The notes: generated by a model not told the origin, from the sequence alone. A stretch of DNA of 64,000 nucleotides from an uncultured Acidimicrobiaceae bacterium (GCA_963735305.1 CAVTKK010000002.1:2481-66480); one strand, 5' to 3'; positions 29,777-41,896 are shown, numbered from the stretch's first letter. A program made the numbers and translations.

Positions 29777-32323
29777 ATGGGGCTATGGGACATCCGGGTG
29801 GGCGGGCGCGCCATGGGCCATGACGGCGCCGGGCTCGCCTGGTACCGGTTCCGGACCGCTTTACGGCGCCGCGGGACGGAGTACGCGGCGCTGGTCCTGG
29901 TGGTCGGGCTCGTCGGGGGCCTGGCCATGGGGTCGGTCGCCGCCGCCCGACGGACCGCCTCGTCGTTTTCTGTGTACTGGGCCAGCACCAACCCCTCGGA
30001 CCTGGTAGGCGGCACGGGCATCCTCGACCCGAAGGCCGGGCTCGTGGCCTACGAGGCCGCCGTAGTGGAAAAGATCTCGCACCTCCCCCACGTCCGGAGC
30101 ATAGAGAGCCAGTCGGGGATCAACCTCCTCCCCCTCCGAGCGGACGGCGCCCCCGAGCTCAACGTCACCCAGTTTTCGCCCGGGCCCGGGAACGGGTACG
30201 GCAGCGTGGACGGGCTCTACTTCGACCAGGACAAGGTCGCCGTCCTCGCCGGGCATATGGCTGACCCCGACGAACCCGACCAGTTTATGTTGACCCCGGC
30301 TCAGGCCCAGGCCATGGACCTGCGGGTCGGCGCCGTGGTCAGGTTCGGTATCTACACCAACGCCCAGATCCAGTTGCCGGACTTCGGTTCGGCCGCCGTC
30401 AAGCCCTACCGGGTGATCGAGGCCAAGCTGGTCGGGCTGGCCGCCTTCAGCAACGCCGTGATCGCCGACCAGGCCGACGAGGGGTCGGCACCGGACAACC
30501 TGTTCACGCCGGCCCTGACCCGCCCGCTGTTGCGCTGTTGCGTCAACTACACCGAGAGCGGCATCCAGGTGGCCGGTGGGGCGCGGTACATACCGGCGGT
30601 GTTGGCCGAGGTCGCCCGGGCGTTCCCCAAACTGCCTCTGAGCCTCGGGGCGATCGCCCCCTCCGTGCTGCCCAAGGCCCAGAGGTCCCTCCGGCCCGAG
30701 GCCGTCGCTCTCGGCGCCTTCGGCTTGATCGTGGGCCTGGCCTGTCTTCTCATCTCCGCCCAGCTCATCGGCCGCCAGAATCCGGCTCCGGGCCGATGAG
30801 CGCGCCGTGCTGCGAGCCCTGGGGGCGACACCCGGGCAGACTTGGGCCGACGACCTGATCGGCATCTTCGGGAGCGTGGTGGCCGGGGCGGTGCTGGCCC
30901 TGGTCGTCGCCTTCAGCCTCTCTCCCCTGTCCCCCCTGGGCCCGGTGCGGCCCGTGTACCCCGACCCGGGCCTGAACTTCGACTGGACCGTGCTCGGCCT
31001 CGGGATGGTGGCCCTGGTGGTGGTCCTGGGGGCCATCGCTGCCGGGCTGAGCTTCCTGGGGGCACCGCACCGTTCGTCGGCCCGTCGGGCCTGGGGCCCG
31101 AGCAGCCTTCGCGCCTGCTGGCTGCCGGAGCCGCCGCCGGGCTGCCCGTCCCCGCCCTCACCGGCGTACGCTTCGCCCTGGTCCCGGGGAGAGGACGGAC
31201 GGCCGTCCCCGTCCGCTCCGCCGTCCTGGGCGCGGTGATGGCGGTGGTCGTGCTGGTGGGCACCGTCACCTTCGGCGCCAGCCTCCGCTCGCTCGTCTCC
31301 CATCCGGCCCTTTACGGATGGAACTGGGACTATATGCTGGCCGCGGGAGGCGACCTCCCGGGACCGAAGGTCACCGCCCTGCTGGACCACGACCCCTATG
31401 TTTCGGCGTGGACCGGCGTCTACGCGGCGACGCTAATGGTCAACGGGCAGCAAGTGCCGGTGCTCGGCGAGGCGACCGGGGCGGCGGTGGCACCCCCGCT
31501 GCTGTCCGGCCACGGTGTCCAGGCCGCCGACCAGGTCGTCCTGGCCTCCCTCACCCTGGCCCAATTGCACGAGCACATCGGCGGCACGGTCAGAGTGAGC
31601 TCGGCGGGCGGGCCAACGGCGCGCCTGCGCGTCGTGGGTACGGCGACTTTGCCGGCGCTGGGGGGCAGCGGAGGGTTGCAGTTGGAGATGGGGGTGGGCG
31701 CCGTCCTGTCCGACCAGCTCATCCCGGCGTTCGACCGCAACAGCTTCAACACCCCCTTTCCCGGGCCGGAGAGCGCCTTGGTCAGGTTGCGGTCGGGGCC
31801 GAGCGCCGCCGCCGGCTACCGTTCGCTGGAAAAGATCGCCCAGGAGACCACCAACCCCGAGAACTTCGGCGTCGCCGTAGTCGGGGTGCTGAGGCCGGCC
31901 GAGATCCTCAACTACCGCTCGCTGGGCGACACGCCGGCCTTCTTGGGGGCGGGCCTGGCCGCCGGCGCCATCGCCGCTCTGGCCCTGACCCTGCTGGCGT
32001 CGGTCCGCCGGCGCCGGCGCGACCTCGCCCTGCTGAAGACCCTCGGTTTCACCGAACGCCAACTGGCGGCGACCGTGGCCTGGCACTCGACCACGGCAGT
32101 GACCATCGGGGTCGTCGCCGGCGTGCCGCTGGGCATAGCGCTCGGCCGGACGCTCTGGGATCTCTTCGCCCGCGGCATCAACGCCGTCCCCGCCCCCAGC
32201 GTCCCTGTCGCTCAGGTCGTGCTCATCGCCGTGGGTGCGGTCGTGCTGGCCAATGTCATCGCCGCCATCCCCGGCCGGCTGGCCGCCCGCACGCCTACGG
32301 CCCTGGTGTTGCGGTCCGAATAA
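29777..32323 (+). CDS. large FtsX-family ABC transporter permease (two FtsX modules), two frameshifts (about 30779 and 31040-31075)
   Basis: N-terminal TM + large extracytoplasmic region + ...LRALGATPGQ... FtsX helix bundle, then a second extracytoplasmic region + ...LKTLGFTERQLAATVAWHSTT...LVLRSE. The frame passes through ORFs 29777..30799, 30807..31238 and 30842..32323. The start may be the ATG at 29813. Confidence 0.8.
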
Positions 32324-32478
32324 GGGCCCGAACACCCGATTTTGAGGTGGTGCTGGGCGCGGGAAAACGTCGTGCTAGCACGCGACGAGATACCGGCTAC
32401 CCACCTTTAGGCGTCAGGACCAGCTGGTTAGGTTGATAAATGACGGCCATAAATGGTCAATCGACAACAGGAGGATAA

Positions 32479-33415
32479 ATGGTCACAGCTGTGCGCCGAC
32501 TGGCCGGCAAGAAGACGGCAATTTCACTGGCCATAGTCGCCGCCGGGATGGGCGTGAGCCCCTGGCTCGGGAGTGCCCCGGCGTCCGCGGCGGCAAAAAC
32601 CACCGGGACGGTCATAACTACCAGGCAAGGTTCCTTCGGGACAATGTTGATAGTGGGGTCGGGCAAGTTCGCCGGCTATACCATCTACCTTTTCACCGGG
32701 GACGGGCCGCCGGCTACGCGTGTACGGCGACGATCGTCAAGAGCCTGCCCGGGGCCCGGGATCGTGCACCGGGCCGTCGGCCGACAAGACGGCCGAGTGG
32801 CCGGCCGTCACTACGGCCGGCGCCCCCGTGGCCGGCACCGGAGTCTCCGCCAAGCTTCTCGGGTCGGTGGCCCGGCCCGGCATCGGCCAACAGGTCACCT
32901 ACGCCGGGCACCCCCTATACCTATTCGACCAGGGCCCGGGCCAGGTCACCGGGGAAGGCTGGGACGAGCCCACGCTGCCCCCCTGGCACGGCTTGTGGTG
33001 GCTCGTAAGCCCGTCGGGCTCGGCCCTGGCCTGGCCCGGGACGCTCACGACCACCAACATCGGCGGCAAGACGGTCCTGGCCGCCGCCATGTTCACCGGT
33101 ATCGGCTGGGAGGACTTCCCGCTGTACTCGTACACGGCGGACACCGCCGCCGGTAGCAACTGCACGGGGCCGTGCGCGATCGGGTGGCCGCCTTTGCTGA
33201 CCAACAGCAAACCGGCAACGGAGAGCCCTCTGGCTGCGGCCAGCGTGGGCACGGTCAAACGTTCGGATGGGACGGCCCAGGTCACCTACAAGGGCAAACC
33301 GCTCTACCTGTTCGCTTACGAGGGGATCGCGCCGCAGGGCGTGGGCTACGCCGCCACCGGCAACGGCAACGGCGCCAAGGTGGGAGGGGGCGTCTTCGAC
33401 CTCGTCACCCCCTGA
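32479..33415 (+). CDS. secreted COG4315-type repeat protein (Lipoprotein_15-like), two frameshifts (about 32706 and 32752)
   Basis: Signal peptide ...ISLAIVAAGMGVSPWLGSAPASA. Repeated G.PLY.F..D....G.G....W motifs (GYTIYLFTGDG, GHPLYLFDQGPGQVTGEGWD, FPLYSYTADTAAGSNCTGPCAIGWPP, GKPLYLFAYEG). The frame passes 32479 -> 32433-frame -> 32720..33415. Confidence 0.7.
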
Positions 33416-33430
33416 GTAGGAAGGCCTCGA

Positions 33431-33464
33431 AGCCCACGACCGCCACGCTGGTCGCGGGCTTTTG
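33431..33464 (+). terminator. candidate intrinsic terminator after the COG4315 gene
   Basis: AGCCCACGACC (33431-41) pairs with GGTCGCGGGCT (33450-60) with one mismatch. The loop is 8 nt and the hairpin is followed by TTTG. Confidence 0.5.
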
Positions 33465-33552
33465 CCCGCCAAAAACTGACAAAGGGCCCGGGGGAGCCCG
33501 TGGCGGTGGCTAGAAAGGAAAGCGAGAAAAATCGACGAGCCTGGGAGTCAGC

Positions 33553-36500
33553 GTGGACGTGCGCCAATGGGTATGTGTCGACGGCAACGAGGCTGCAGCT
33601 CGTGTCGCCTACGCCCTTTCTGAAGTAATCGCCATCTACCCGATAACGCCGGCCTCGCCCATGGGCGAGTTCGCCGACGACTGGGCCACGGCGGGTAAAC
33701 CAAACCTCTGGGGCCAGGTGCCCGACGTGATCGAAATGCAGTCCGAGGCGGGCGCCGCCGGCACCCTCCACGGTGCCCTGCAAAAAGGCGCCCTGGCCAC
33801 TACGTTTACCGCCTCGCAGGGTCTCCTTCTGATGGTGCCCAACATGTTCAAGATCGCCGGTGAGCTCACCCCGGCGGTGGTCCATGTGGCCGCCCGCACC
33901 ATCGCCACCCACGCCCTGTCCATATTCGGCGACCACTCCGACGTCATGCATGCCCGGAGCACCGGATGGGCCATGCTGGCCGCCAACTCGGTCCAGGAGG
34001 CTCATGACTTCGCCCTGGTCGCCCACGCCGCCACCCTGAAGGCGAGGGTACCGTTCCTGCACTTCTTCGACGGTTTCCGGACCTCTCATGAACTGGCCAA
34101 GATCACCCCGCTGGCGGCCGACGACATGGCGGCGCTGGTCGACCCTGACGCGCTCATAGAGTTCCGCCTCCGGGGCATGGGGCCCGACGCTCCCGACGTG
34201 CGGGGCACGGCGCAAAACCCCGACGTGTTCTTCCAGGGCCGGGAGGCCGCCAACCCGTACTACAGCGCCGTCCCCGGCATCGTCCAGTCCACCATGGACG
34301 CCCTGGCCGCCAGGACCGGGCGCGCCTACAGCTTGATCGAGTACAACGGCGCCCCCGACGCCGAACGCGTCATCGTGATGATGGGCTCGGGCGTGGGCGC
34401 GGCGCGCGAAGCCGTCGACAGCCTGGTCCGATCGGGCGAGCGGGTCGGCCTGGTGACGGTCCGGCTGTACCGGCCCTTCCCGACCCAGCAGCTGGTTTCG
34501 GCCCTGCCCCCGAGCGTCCGCTCCATCGCCGTGCTCGACCGCACCAAGGAACCGGGCGCCGTCGGCGAACCGTTGTACCTCGACGTCCGCGCCGCCCTGG
34601 ACGAGGCCATGGAGGACCTCGAGCCCCCCTTCGCGCAGGCCCCCCGCGTCATCGGCGGCCGGTACGGGCTGTCCTCCAAGGAGTTCACACCGGCCATGGC
34701 CAAGGCCGTCCTCGACGAGCTCAGCGCGGCGCGGCCCAAGCGCCACTTCACCGTCGGCATCTTCGACGATGTGAGCTCGCTCAGCCTGGCCTGGGACCGT
34801 GACTTCCGTCCGCCCCGGGCTGAAGGCGAGGTGCAAGCCGTGTTCTTCGGGCTGGGCTCGGACGGCACCGTAGGAGCCAACAAAAACAGCGTCAAGATCA
34901 TCGTCGAGGAGACCGGCGCCTTCGTGCAGGGCTATTTCGTCTACGACTCGAAGAAGTCGGGAGCGATGACGGTCTCGCACCTTCGGTTCGGGCCTCAGCC
35001 CATAAATTCGACCTACCTGGTCAACGATGCCGACTTCGTGGCCTGCCACCATTTCGACCTGCTCAACCGCGTCGACGTGCTCGACTTGGCCAAGGACGGG
35101 GCCACCTTCCTGCTCAACAGCACTTACGGTCCCGAAAAAGTCTGGGACCACCTACCCGGCGACGTCCGCCGCCAGTTGCAGGACAAGCACATCGATTTCT
35201 GGGTCGTCGACGGCGACCGCGTGGCCGCCGAGGCCCAGCTCGGCAACCGGATCAACACGGTCATGCAGACCTGCTTCTTCGCCCTTTCCAAAGTAATGGC
35301 GCCTGATCAGGCGATCAGCCAGATCAAGGCCGCCGTCAACAAGGCCTACGGCAAGCGCGGCCACACCATCGTGGAGCGCAACTTCGCCGCCATCGACAGC
35401 GCCCTGGCCAACCTGGCCCGGGTCGAGGTCCCGTCCGTCCGGGCCGACGCGGGGGCCATCGGCACCCCCATCCCCGGGTCGGCGTCGGACTTCGTGCGCC
35501 GGGTGACCTCGGTCATCATGGCCGGCAAGGGCGACCTTCTACCGGTATCCGCCCTCCCGGCCGACGGACGCTTCCCCTCCGCCACCACCCGTTTCGAAAA
35601 GAGGGGCATTGCCGCCGAGATCCCGCTGTGGGACCCCGACATCTGCATCGACTGCGGCAAGTGCGCCAGCGTGTGCCCTCACGCCACGATCCGCATGAAG
35701 GTCTTCGCGCCCGAAGCGTTGGCCGGGGCGCCCGACGGGTTCCTGTCCAAGTCCTTCCGTTCCAAGGACCTGGCCGGCCACCTGCTGACTATCCAGGTCG
35801 ACCCGGACGATTGCACCGGCTGCGGCGTCTGCGTCGATGTGTGCCCGGCCAAGTCCAAGACCGAGGTCAAGCACAAGTCGATCAACATGGAGCCGGCTCC
35901 GCTCCACCGCGACCGCGAGCGCGAGCACTGGGACTTCTTCCAATCCATCCCCGAACTGGACCGTTCCCTGCTCCCTCACGACTCGGTGAAAGGCGCCCAG
36001 GTCCTCCAACCCCTGTTCGAGTTTTCCGGAGCCTGCTCGGGGTGCGGTGAGACCCCGTACCTGAAGCTGGCCAGCCAGCTCTTCGGCGACCGCATGCTCG
36101 TCGCCAACGCCACCGGCTGCTCGTCGATCTACGGCGGCAACCTGCCGACTACGCCCTGGGCCAAGAACGCCGACGGCCGGGGGCCGGCCTGGGCCAACTC
36201 CTTGTTCGAGGACAATGCCGAGTTCGGCCTCGGCATCCGCCTGGGCCTCGAGGCCCAGGAGCGGCGGGCGAGGGCGCTGTTGCTCTCGCTGGCCGGAGCC
36301 GTCGGCGCCGACCTGGCGGCCTCGGTCCTGGAAGTCGACCAGGACGGCCAGGACAATGAGGAGGCCGTGTTCGCCCAACGCCGGCTAGTGGCCGAGCTCG
36401 ACGAGCCGCTGCGCCGGCTGGCGGCCGGTGATGACGTCCTCGCCGCCCAGGCCCGCCAGCTCATCCCCCTGACCGGCGCCCTCGTCCGCAAGACCGTGTG

Positions 36501-37213
36501 GATCATCGGTGGCGACGGGTGGGCCTATGACATCGGGTTCGGCGGCCTCGACCATGTGCTGTCATCGGGCCGCAATGTAAACATCCTGGTCCTCGACACC
36601 GAGGTTTACTCCAACACCGGCGGCCAAGCCTCCAAGGCGACCCAACGCGGCGCCATGGCCAAGTTCGCCGCCGCCGGCAAGGAGTCCGCCAAGAAGGACC
36701 TCGGGGCGGTGGCACGCGCTTACGGCAACGTGTACGTGGCCCAGATTTCCATGGGCGCCAATGACCTGCAGGCCACCAAGGCGTTACTTCGAGGCCGAGG
36801 CCTATCCCGGCACGTCGCTCGTGATCGCTTATTCGACCTGCATCGCCCACGGGATCGACATGTCCAAGTCCATGAGCCACCAGAAGGACGCCGTGCAGTC
36901 CGGTTACTGGCCCCTGTACCGCTTCCACCCGTCCGACGCCGAGGCGGGCCATCCCTTCAAGCTCGACTCCAAGGCACCGACGGTCAGGCTGGCCGATTTC
37001 ACCGCCACCGAGGCCCGCTACGCCACCTTGGCCCGCACCCACCCCCAGCAGGCCGCCCGGTTGGCGACCCTGGCTCAGGCCGACGTCAGCGAACGCTGGC
37101 GCTATTACGAACAGCTGGCCGCCATGCAGCGGACCGTACCCGGGGCGGGCGAGGACGTCGAGCCCGAGGTCGGTTCCGATGCCGGTTACCGCTACGACGA
37201 GGAGGTCAAATAA
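33553..37213 (+). CDS. nifJ: pyruvate:ferredoxin (flavodoxin) oxidoreductase, single-polypeptide type, one frameshift near 36787
   Basis: DGNEAAARVAYALSEVIAIYPITPASPMGE; two 4Fe-4S motifs CIDCGKCASVCPH and CTGCGVCVDVCP; TPP motif GGDGWAYDIGFGGLDH...VLDTEVYSNTGGQ. The C-terminus (EAEAYPGTSLVIAYSTCIAHG...) continues in ORF 36761..37213. Confidence 0.9.
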
Positions 37214-38260
37214 TGGCAGGACCGGGCACAATTGACCTGACGACGACTTATCTGGGCTTGAGGTTGTCGTCGCCCATCGTGGCCTCGGCCAGCCCGGTCA
37301 CCCGGGAGCTGGACGGCGCCCGAGCCCTGGCCGACGCCGGCGTGGGTGCCCTCGTGCTCCCCTCGCTGTTCGAAGAGGAGATCGTGGCCGAGGAGGTCGG
37401 GCTGGCTTTCGCCCTCGAAGCCGGTAGCGAGCACTTCGCTGAAGCGCTGGACTACTTCCCCGACACCCCCAGTTTCACCACGGCCGCCGACCGCTACCTC
37501 GAAGCTGCTCGAACAAACCAAAAAGGTCGTCGACGTACCCGTCATCGCCAGCCTCAACGCCTCGTCCATAGGCGGCTGGTCCCGTTACGCCAAGCTCCTG
37601 GCCGACGCCGGCGCCGATGCCCTGGAACTCAATGTGTACCGGGTCCCCACCGACCCTGAGCTCAACGCCGCCCAGGTGGAGCAGATGGACCTGGCGTTGG
37701 TGAGCAATGTGTGCGCCGGGGTGTCTCTGCCGGTCGCCGTCAAGCTGTCGCCGTACTACTCGGCCATGGCCAGTTTCGCCGCCCGGGTGCTGGCTGCCGG
37801 CGCCTCCGGCCTGGTCCTGTTCAACCGCTTCTACCAGCCCGACCTGGACCTCGAGACCATGGACGTGGTGCCGAGGGTGGAGCTGTCCCGGAGCTGGGAA
37901 CTGCGCCTGCCCTTGCGCTGGATCGCCATCCTGCGGCCCCAGCTGGGACCGGGGCCGTCGCTGGCGGCGACGTCCGGTATCCAGACGGGGACCGATGCCG
38001 TAAAGGCGCTGGCCGTAGGGGCCGACGTGGCCATGATGACCTCCGCCATCCTGCGCTCGGGCGCCGCCCACGTCAGAGCGGTCGAGTCCGAACTGCGCTC
38101 CTGGTTGGCTGACCACGAGTACACCTCGGTGTCCCAGCTGCGGGGGTCGGTCTCCCAGGCCACCTCGGGCGATGCCGGCGCCTTCGAGCGGGCCAACTAC
38201 CTGAAGACGCTCCACTCCTGGACGACCGTGGACCTCGACCCCGTTCCCGGGCTGGACTAG
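37213..38260 (+). CDS. dihydroorotate dehydrogenase-like (class 1 DHOD/DHPD TIM-barrel flavoprotein-like) protein, one frameshift near 37502
   Basis: LRLSSPIVASASPVT..., ...PVIASLNASS..., PVAVKLSPY, GLVLFNRF, ATSGIQTG.DAVKALAVGADV. The ATG overlaps the PFOR stop (TAATG). The frame continues in ORF 37346..38260. Confidence 0.7.
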
Positions 38261-38342
38261 CGGGCCGGGCACCGAGCGAGCGAGGCGGCGTGCCCCGCCA
38301 AAAGCCGGGGTGCGCCGGCCGGGCCGGGAGATAGCGTTGTCT

Positions 38343-39585
38343 ATGACTTCGCTCCCCGAACTTGGCCAACGGGCCAAGCAGGCCAGCCGGTCCTTGGCCT
38401 TGGCCTCGTCGCTGACCAAGGACGCCGCCCTCAATGCTGCCGCCGACCTTCTCCTTCGAGCGCACGGGCGAGATCCTGGCCGCCAATGCCTCCGATGTGG
38501 AGCGGGCCGGGACCACGGGCGTCGCCCCGGCCGTCATCGACAGGCTCCGCTTGTCCGAGGCCCGGGTCGCCGCCATGGCTGGCGGCCTGCGCCAGGTAGC
38601 AGGCTTGGCCGACCCCGTCGGCGAGGTGGTCGAAGGCTGGGTACGCCCCAACGGCCTGCGCATCGAAAAGGTCAGGGTGCCCCTGGGCGTGGTGGCCATC
38701 ATCTACGAGAACCGTCCCAACGTCACCAGCGACGCCGCTGGCCTGTGCCTCAAGTCCGGCAATGCCGCGTTCCTGCGCGGGAGCTCCGGTGCCCTGGCCT
38801 CGAACCAGGCGGTGGCGGCGGCCTTGCGGGAGGGCTTCGCCCGGGCCGGCCTCCCGCAGGATTGCCTCGTACTAGTGGAAGACACGAGCCACGAATCCGC
38901 CCGGGAGTTCATGCGCCTGCGGGGCGTCATCGACTGCCTCATCCCCCGAGGCGGCCCTGCGCTCATCCAGGCTGTGCTCGAAAATGCCACCGTGCCCTAT
39001 GTGATCGACGGGGACGGCAATTGCCATCTTTATGTCGATGCCTCCGCCGACCTCGATATGGCCATTTCCCTGCTCATCAACGGCAAGACTCAGCGCCCGA
39101 GCGTGTGCAACGCCACCGAGTCCCTGGTCGTGCACCGCGACGTGGCGTCGAAGTTCATTCCCGCGGCGGCGGCCGCCTTGCCCGGCGTGCGCCTGGTAGG
39201 CGACGAAGCCGCCCGGGACCTGGTGCCGGCGATGGCGCCCGCCACCGAGGAGGACTGGGGAAAGGAGTACCTCGACCTGGTCCTCAGCATCCGGGTGGTG
39301 GACGACCTGGACGCCGCCATCGCCCACGTCCAGCGCTACAGTTCCGGCCATACCGAGGCCATTGTCACCGCTGACCTCCTGGCCGCTCAGCGCTTTGCCC
39401 GGGAGGTCGACGCCGCCGCCGTGGTGGTCAACGCCTCCACCCGCTTCACCGACGGCGAACAGTTCGGCTTTGGGGCCGAGATCGGCATCAGCACCCAGAA
39501 GTTGCATGCCCGGGGGCCGATGGGCCTGCGGGAGCTGACCACGACGAAGTACATCGTCATGGGTAATGGCCAGGTCAGAGCTTGA
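38343..39585 (+). CDS. proA: gamma-glutamyl phosphate reductase, one frameshift near 38455
   Basis: ILAANASDVERA..., PLGVVAIIYENRPNVTSDAAGLCLKSGNA..LRGS, CNATESLVVH, NASTRFTDG. The first ~37 codons (MTSLPELGQRAKQASR...) are in the 38310 ORF frame. Confidence 0.9.
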
Positions 39586-40499
39586 CGCCGGGACATCACG
39601 GGGCGCTCGGCCACGACTTGAAGGGCGGCCGGTTCGCCAATCCCCTGGCCGTCAACGAGGCGCTCGGGTCCGTGGGCTACCTGGCCGACGAGGGCATCGC
39701 CGCCGTCGTCTTCCTCGGCGATCGGCTGGGCAAGCCGGTACTGGTCGAGGGGCCGGCGGGCACGGGCAAGACCCAGCTCGCCAAGTCGGTGGCGGGAATG
39801 ACCGGGGCCCGGCTCATTCGGCTGCAGTGCTATGAGGGACTCGACGAGTCGAAGGCCTTGTACGAATGGAACTACAAGAAGCAGTTGCTGCGTATCCAGG
39901 CCGAACAGGTGACAAATCGAGGCGAGAGTTGGGAGGAACTGGAGGAGGACATCTTCTCCGAGCCGTTCTTGATGCCGCGGCCGTTGCTGGAAGCGATCCG
40001 CGCCACCGACCCCGTGGTACTGCTCATAGACGAGGTGGACCGCGTCGAGGTCGAGACCGAAGCCCTGCTCCTGGAGGTGCTATCGGACTACCAGGTATCG
40101 GTCCCGGAAATGGGCACGGTAAGCGCGACACAGATCCCTTTGGTTTTCCTCACTTCCAACAACACCCGCGAATTGTCCGAGGCCCTGAAGCGGCGCTGCC
40201 TCTTCCTTCACCTCGACTACCCGTCGCCCGACCGGGAGCGGCGGATCGTCCTCGCCAAAGTGCCGGGGATCGAGGAGTCCCTGGCCGACCAGGTGGTGCG
40301 CACGGTCCAGCTCATCCGCGCGCTGGAGCTCAAGAAGGCACCATCGGTGTCGGAAACTCTGGACTGGGCCCGCACGCTCGTACTGCTCGGGGTGTCCCAT
40401 CTGGACGCCGGCACGGCGCGGGAGACCCTGCACGTGCTCCTGAAACACCGCTCCGACATCGAGCGGGCGGCCAAGGAGCTGGTGGCCTCGCCCCCATGA
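39582..40499 (+). CDS. MoxR/CoxD-type AAA+ ATPase
   Basis: Walker A EGPAGTGKTQLA, QCYEGLDESKALYEWNY, Walker B VLLIDEVDR, ...RRCLFLHLDYP. A TTG start at 39582 overlapping the proA stop is tentative. Confidence 0.8.
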   Translation: MTPGHHGALGHDLKGGRFANPLAVNEALGSVGYLADEGIAAVVFLGDRLGKPVLVEGPAGTGKTQLAKSVAGMTGARLIRLQCYEGLDESKALYEWNYKKQLLRIQAEQVTNRGESWEELEEDIFSEPFLMPRPLLEAIRATDPVVLLIDEVDRVEVETEALLLEVLSDYQVSVPEMGTVSATQIPLVFLTSNNTRELSEALKRRCLFLHLDYPSPDRERRIVLAKVPGIEESLADQVVRTVQLIRALELKKAPSVSETLDWARTLVLLGVSHLDAGTARETLHVLLKHRSDIERAAKELVASPP

Positions 40500-41896
40500 G
40501 TGCCGAGGCCCTTCTGGCCGGCGGCCTCCTGGGCCGGTTCTCCGGTTTGGTTGCCGAGCTGCGAGCGGCGGGAATACCGGTCAGTACCACAGAAGTCGTC
40601 GACGCCGTCGAGGCCTTGCGCCATCTCCCCCTTCGAGGACCGCGCCGCCCTCAAGGCCGGTCTGGGGGCGGCGTTGGTAAAGCAGGACGGCCATTGGCGG
40701 ACGTTCGAGACCATGTTCGACCTCTACTTCTCCCTGCAACTCCCAGGTGCCGACGCCCCGGTCGACGGGCTGGACGGGGGGCGGCAAGAGGCCGGGACCG
40801 AAAACCTCACCGCCAGTGAGCTCGCCGAGCTCGCCTACGAGGTCCTGATGGGCGGTGACCCCGAAAAGATGGCGGCTTTGGCCCGGGGGGCCGTCGACCG
40901 GTTCGCCGGGATGGAGGCGGGTAGGCCGGTGGGCGGCAGCTATTACGTGTTCAAAACCCTGCGCCACCTTCAGGGCGACCAGCTTGTCGACCAGATGGTG
41001 CGCTCGGCGCAGGAGGTGGGGCAACTGGATGGCCTGCTCTTGGCCAATGAGTACCGCCGCCGTTGGGAGCTTCTGCGCCGGTACGTCGAGGCCGAGGTCC
41101 GCCAACGGCTGGTCGCCGACCGGGGCGCCGAGACCGTGGCCAGGACGCTGCGGCGCCCTTTGCCCGAAGACGTCGACTTCATGCACCTGGACCGGGACGA
41201 AATGGCCGCGCTGCAGCGCAGCCTCCAGCCCTTGGCCCGGAAGCTGGCCGTGCACCTGGCCCGCAAACGGCGCCAACGCCACCGAGGGCGCCTGGACTTC
41301 CGCGCCACCATGCGTCGGTCCCTGTCCAGCGGAGGTGCCCCGGCCGAGCCCGTCTTCAGGGCTCCCCACCCCTCCAAGCCCGAACTTTGGCCCTGGCCGA
41401 CATTTCGGGGTCCGTGGCCGCCTTCGCCCGCTTCACGCTGCAGTTGGTCTACGCCCTGTCGTCGCAGTTTTCGCGCACCCGGGCCTGGGCCTTCATCGAC
41501 GGCATCGACGAGGTGACAGACCTCCTCAAGGGCTCCGACGACACCGCGCAGGCGGTACACAACATAAATACTCAGGCCGATGTGATCTGGACCGAGGGCC
41601 ACTCCGACTACGGCCACGCCCTGACCGACTTCGTACAGCGCTGGGGCCGAGAGGTCACGGGCCGCACCACGGTGCTGGTGCTGGGCGACGCCCGCAACAA
41701 CTACCACCCGGTCCACGATGAGGCCATGGCCGAGATCGCCGGGCGCGCCCACAACGTCTGGTGGCTCAACCCCGAGCCCCGGGCCTACTGGGACACGGGG
41801 GACTCGGTACTGGCACAGTACGGCGCTCACTGTGCCGGCGTGTGGGAATGCCGCAACCTCCGTCAGCTGCGGCACTTCGTCGAACAGCTTCCCTAA
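40496..41896 (+). CDS. VWA domain-containing CoxE-like protein, two frameshifts (about 40626-40630 and 41385-41392)
   Basis: The ATG overlaps the MoxR stop (ATGA). The C-terminal VWA_CoxE pattern ALADISGSVAAF..., VLVLGDARNN and VWWLNPEP lies in ORF 41063..41896. The middle is in ORF 40500..41516. Confidence 0.75.

Noticed and set aside
21441-32323. Classifying the ABC/HK/RR island as a standard BceAB-BceRS-type peptide-antibiotic detoxification module.
   Set aside because: The kinase is not the two-helix intramembrane-sensing type, the regulator is LuxR-type rather than OmpR-type, the permease is not adjacent to the ATPase, and a cyclase/cNMP pair is embedded. It was kept as an open finding instead.
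32435-32483. Repeated ATAAATGGTCA motif (32449-59 and 32473-83) in the relatively AT-rich region upstream of the COG4315 gene; considered as an operator.
   Set aside because: There are only two short copies, and one overlaps the RBS and start codon of the gene. Evidence is insufficient beyond marking the region as the likely promoter/5' UTR.
33346-35151. 601-aa minus-strand ORF antisense to the PFOR gene. Similar long antisense or overlapping ORFs occur at 23357..24931, 29861..31390, 42710..44089, 51561..53207, 53274..55526 and 14164..15249.
   Set aside because: In ~70% GC DNA, stop codons are rare in all frames. These translations are Arg/Gly/Pro/His-rich low complexity with no recognisable motifs, while the opposite strand or frame carries strongly conserved proteins.
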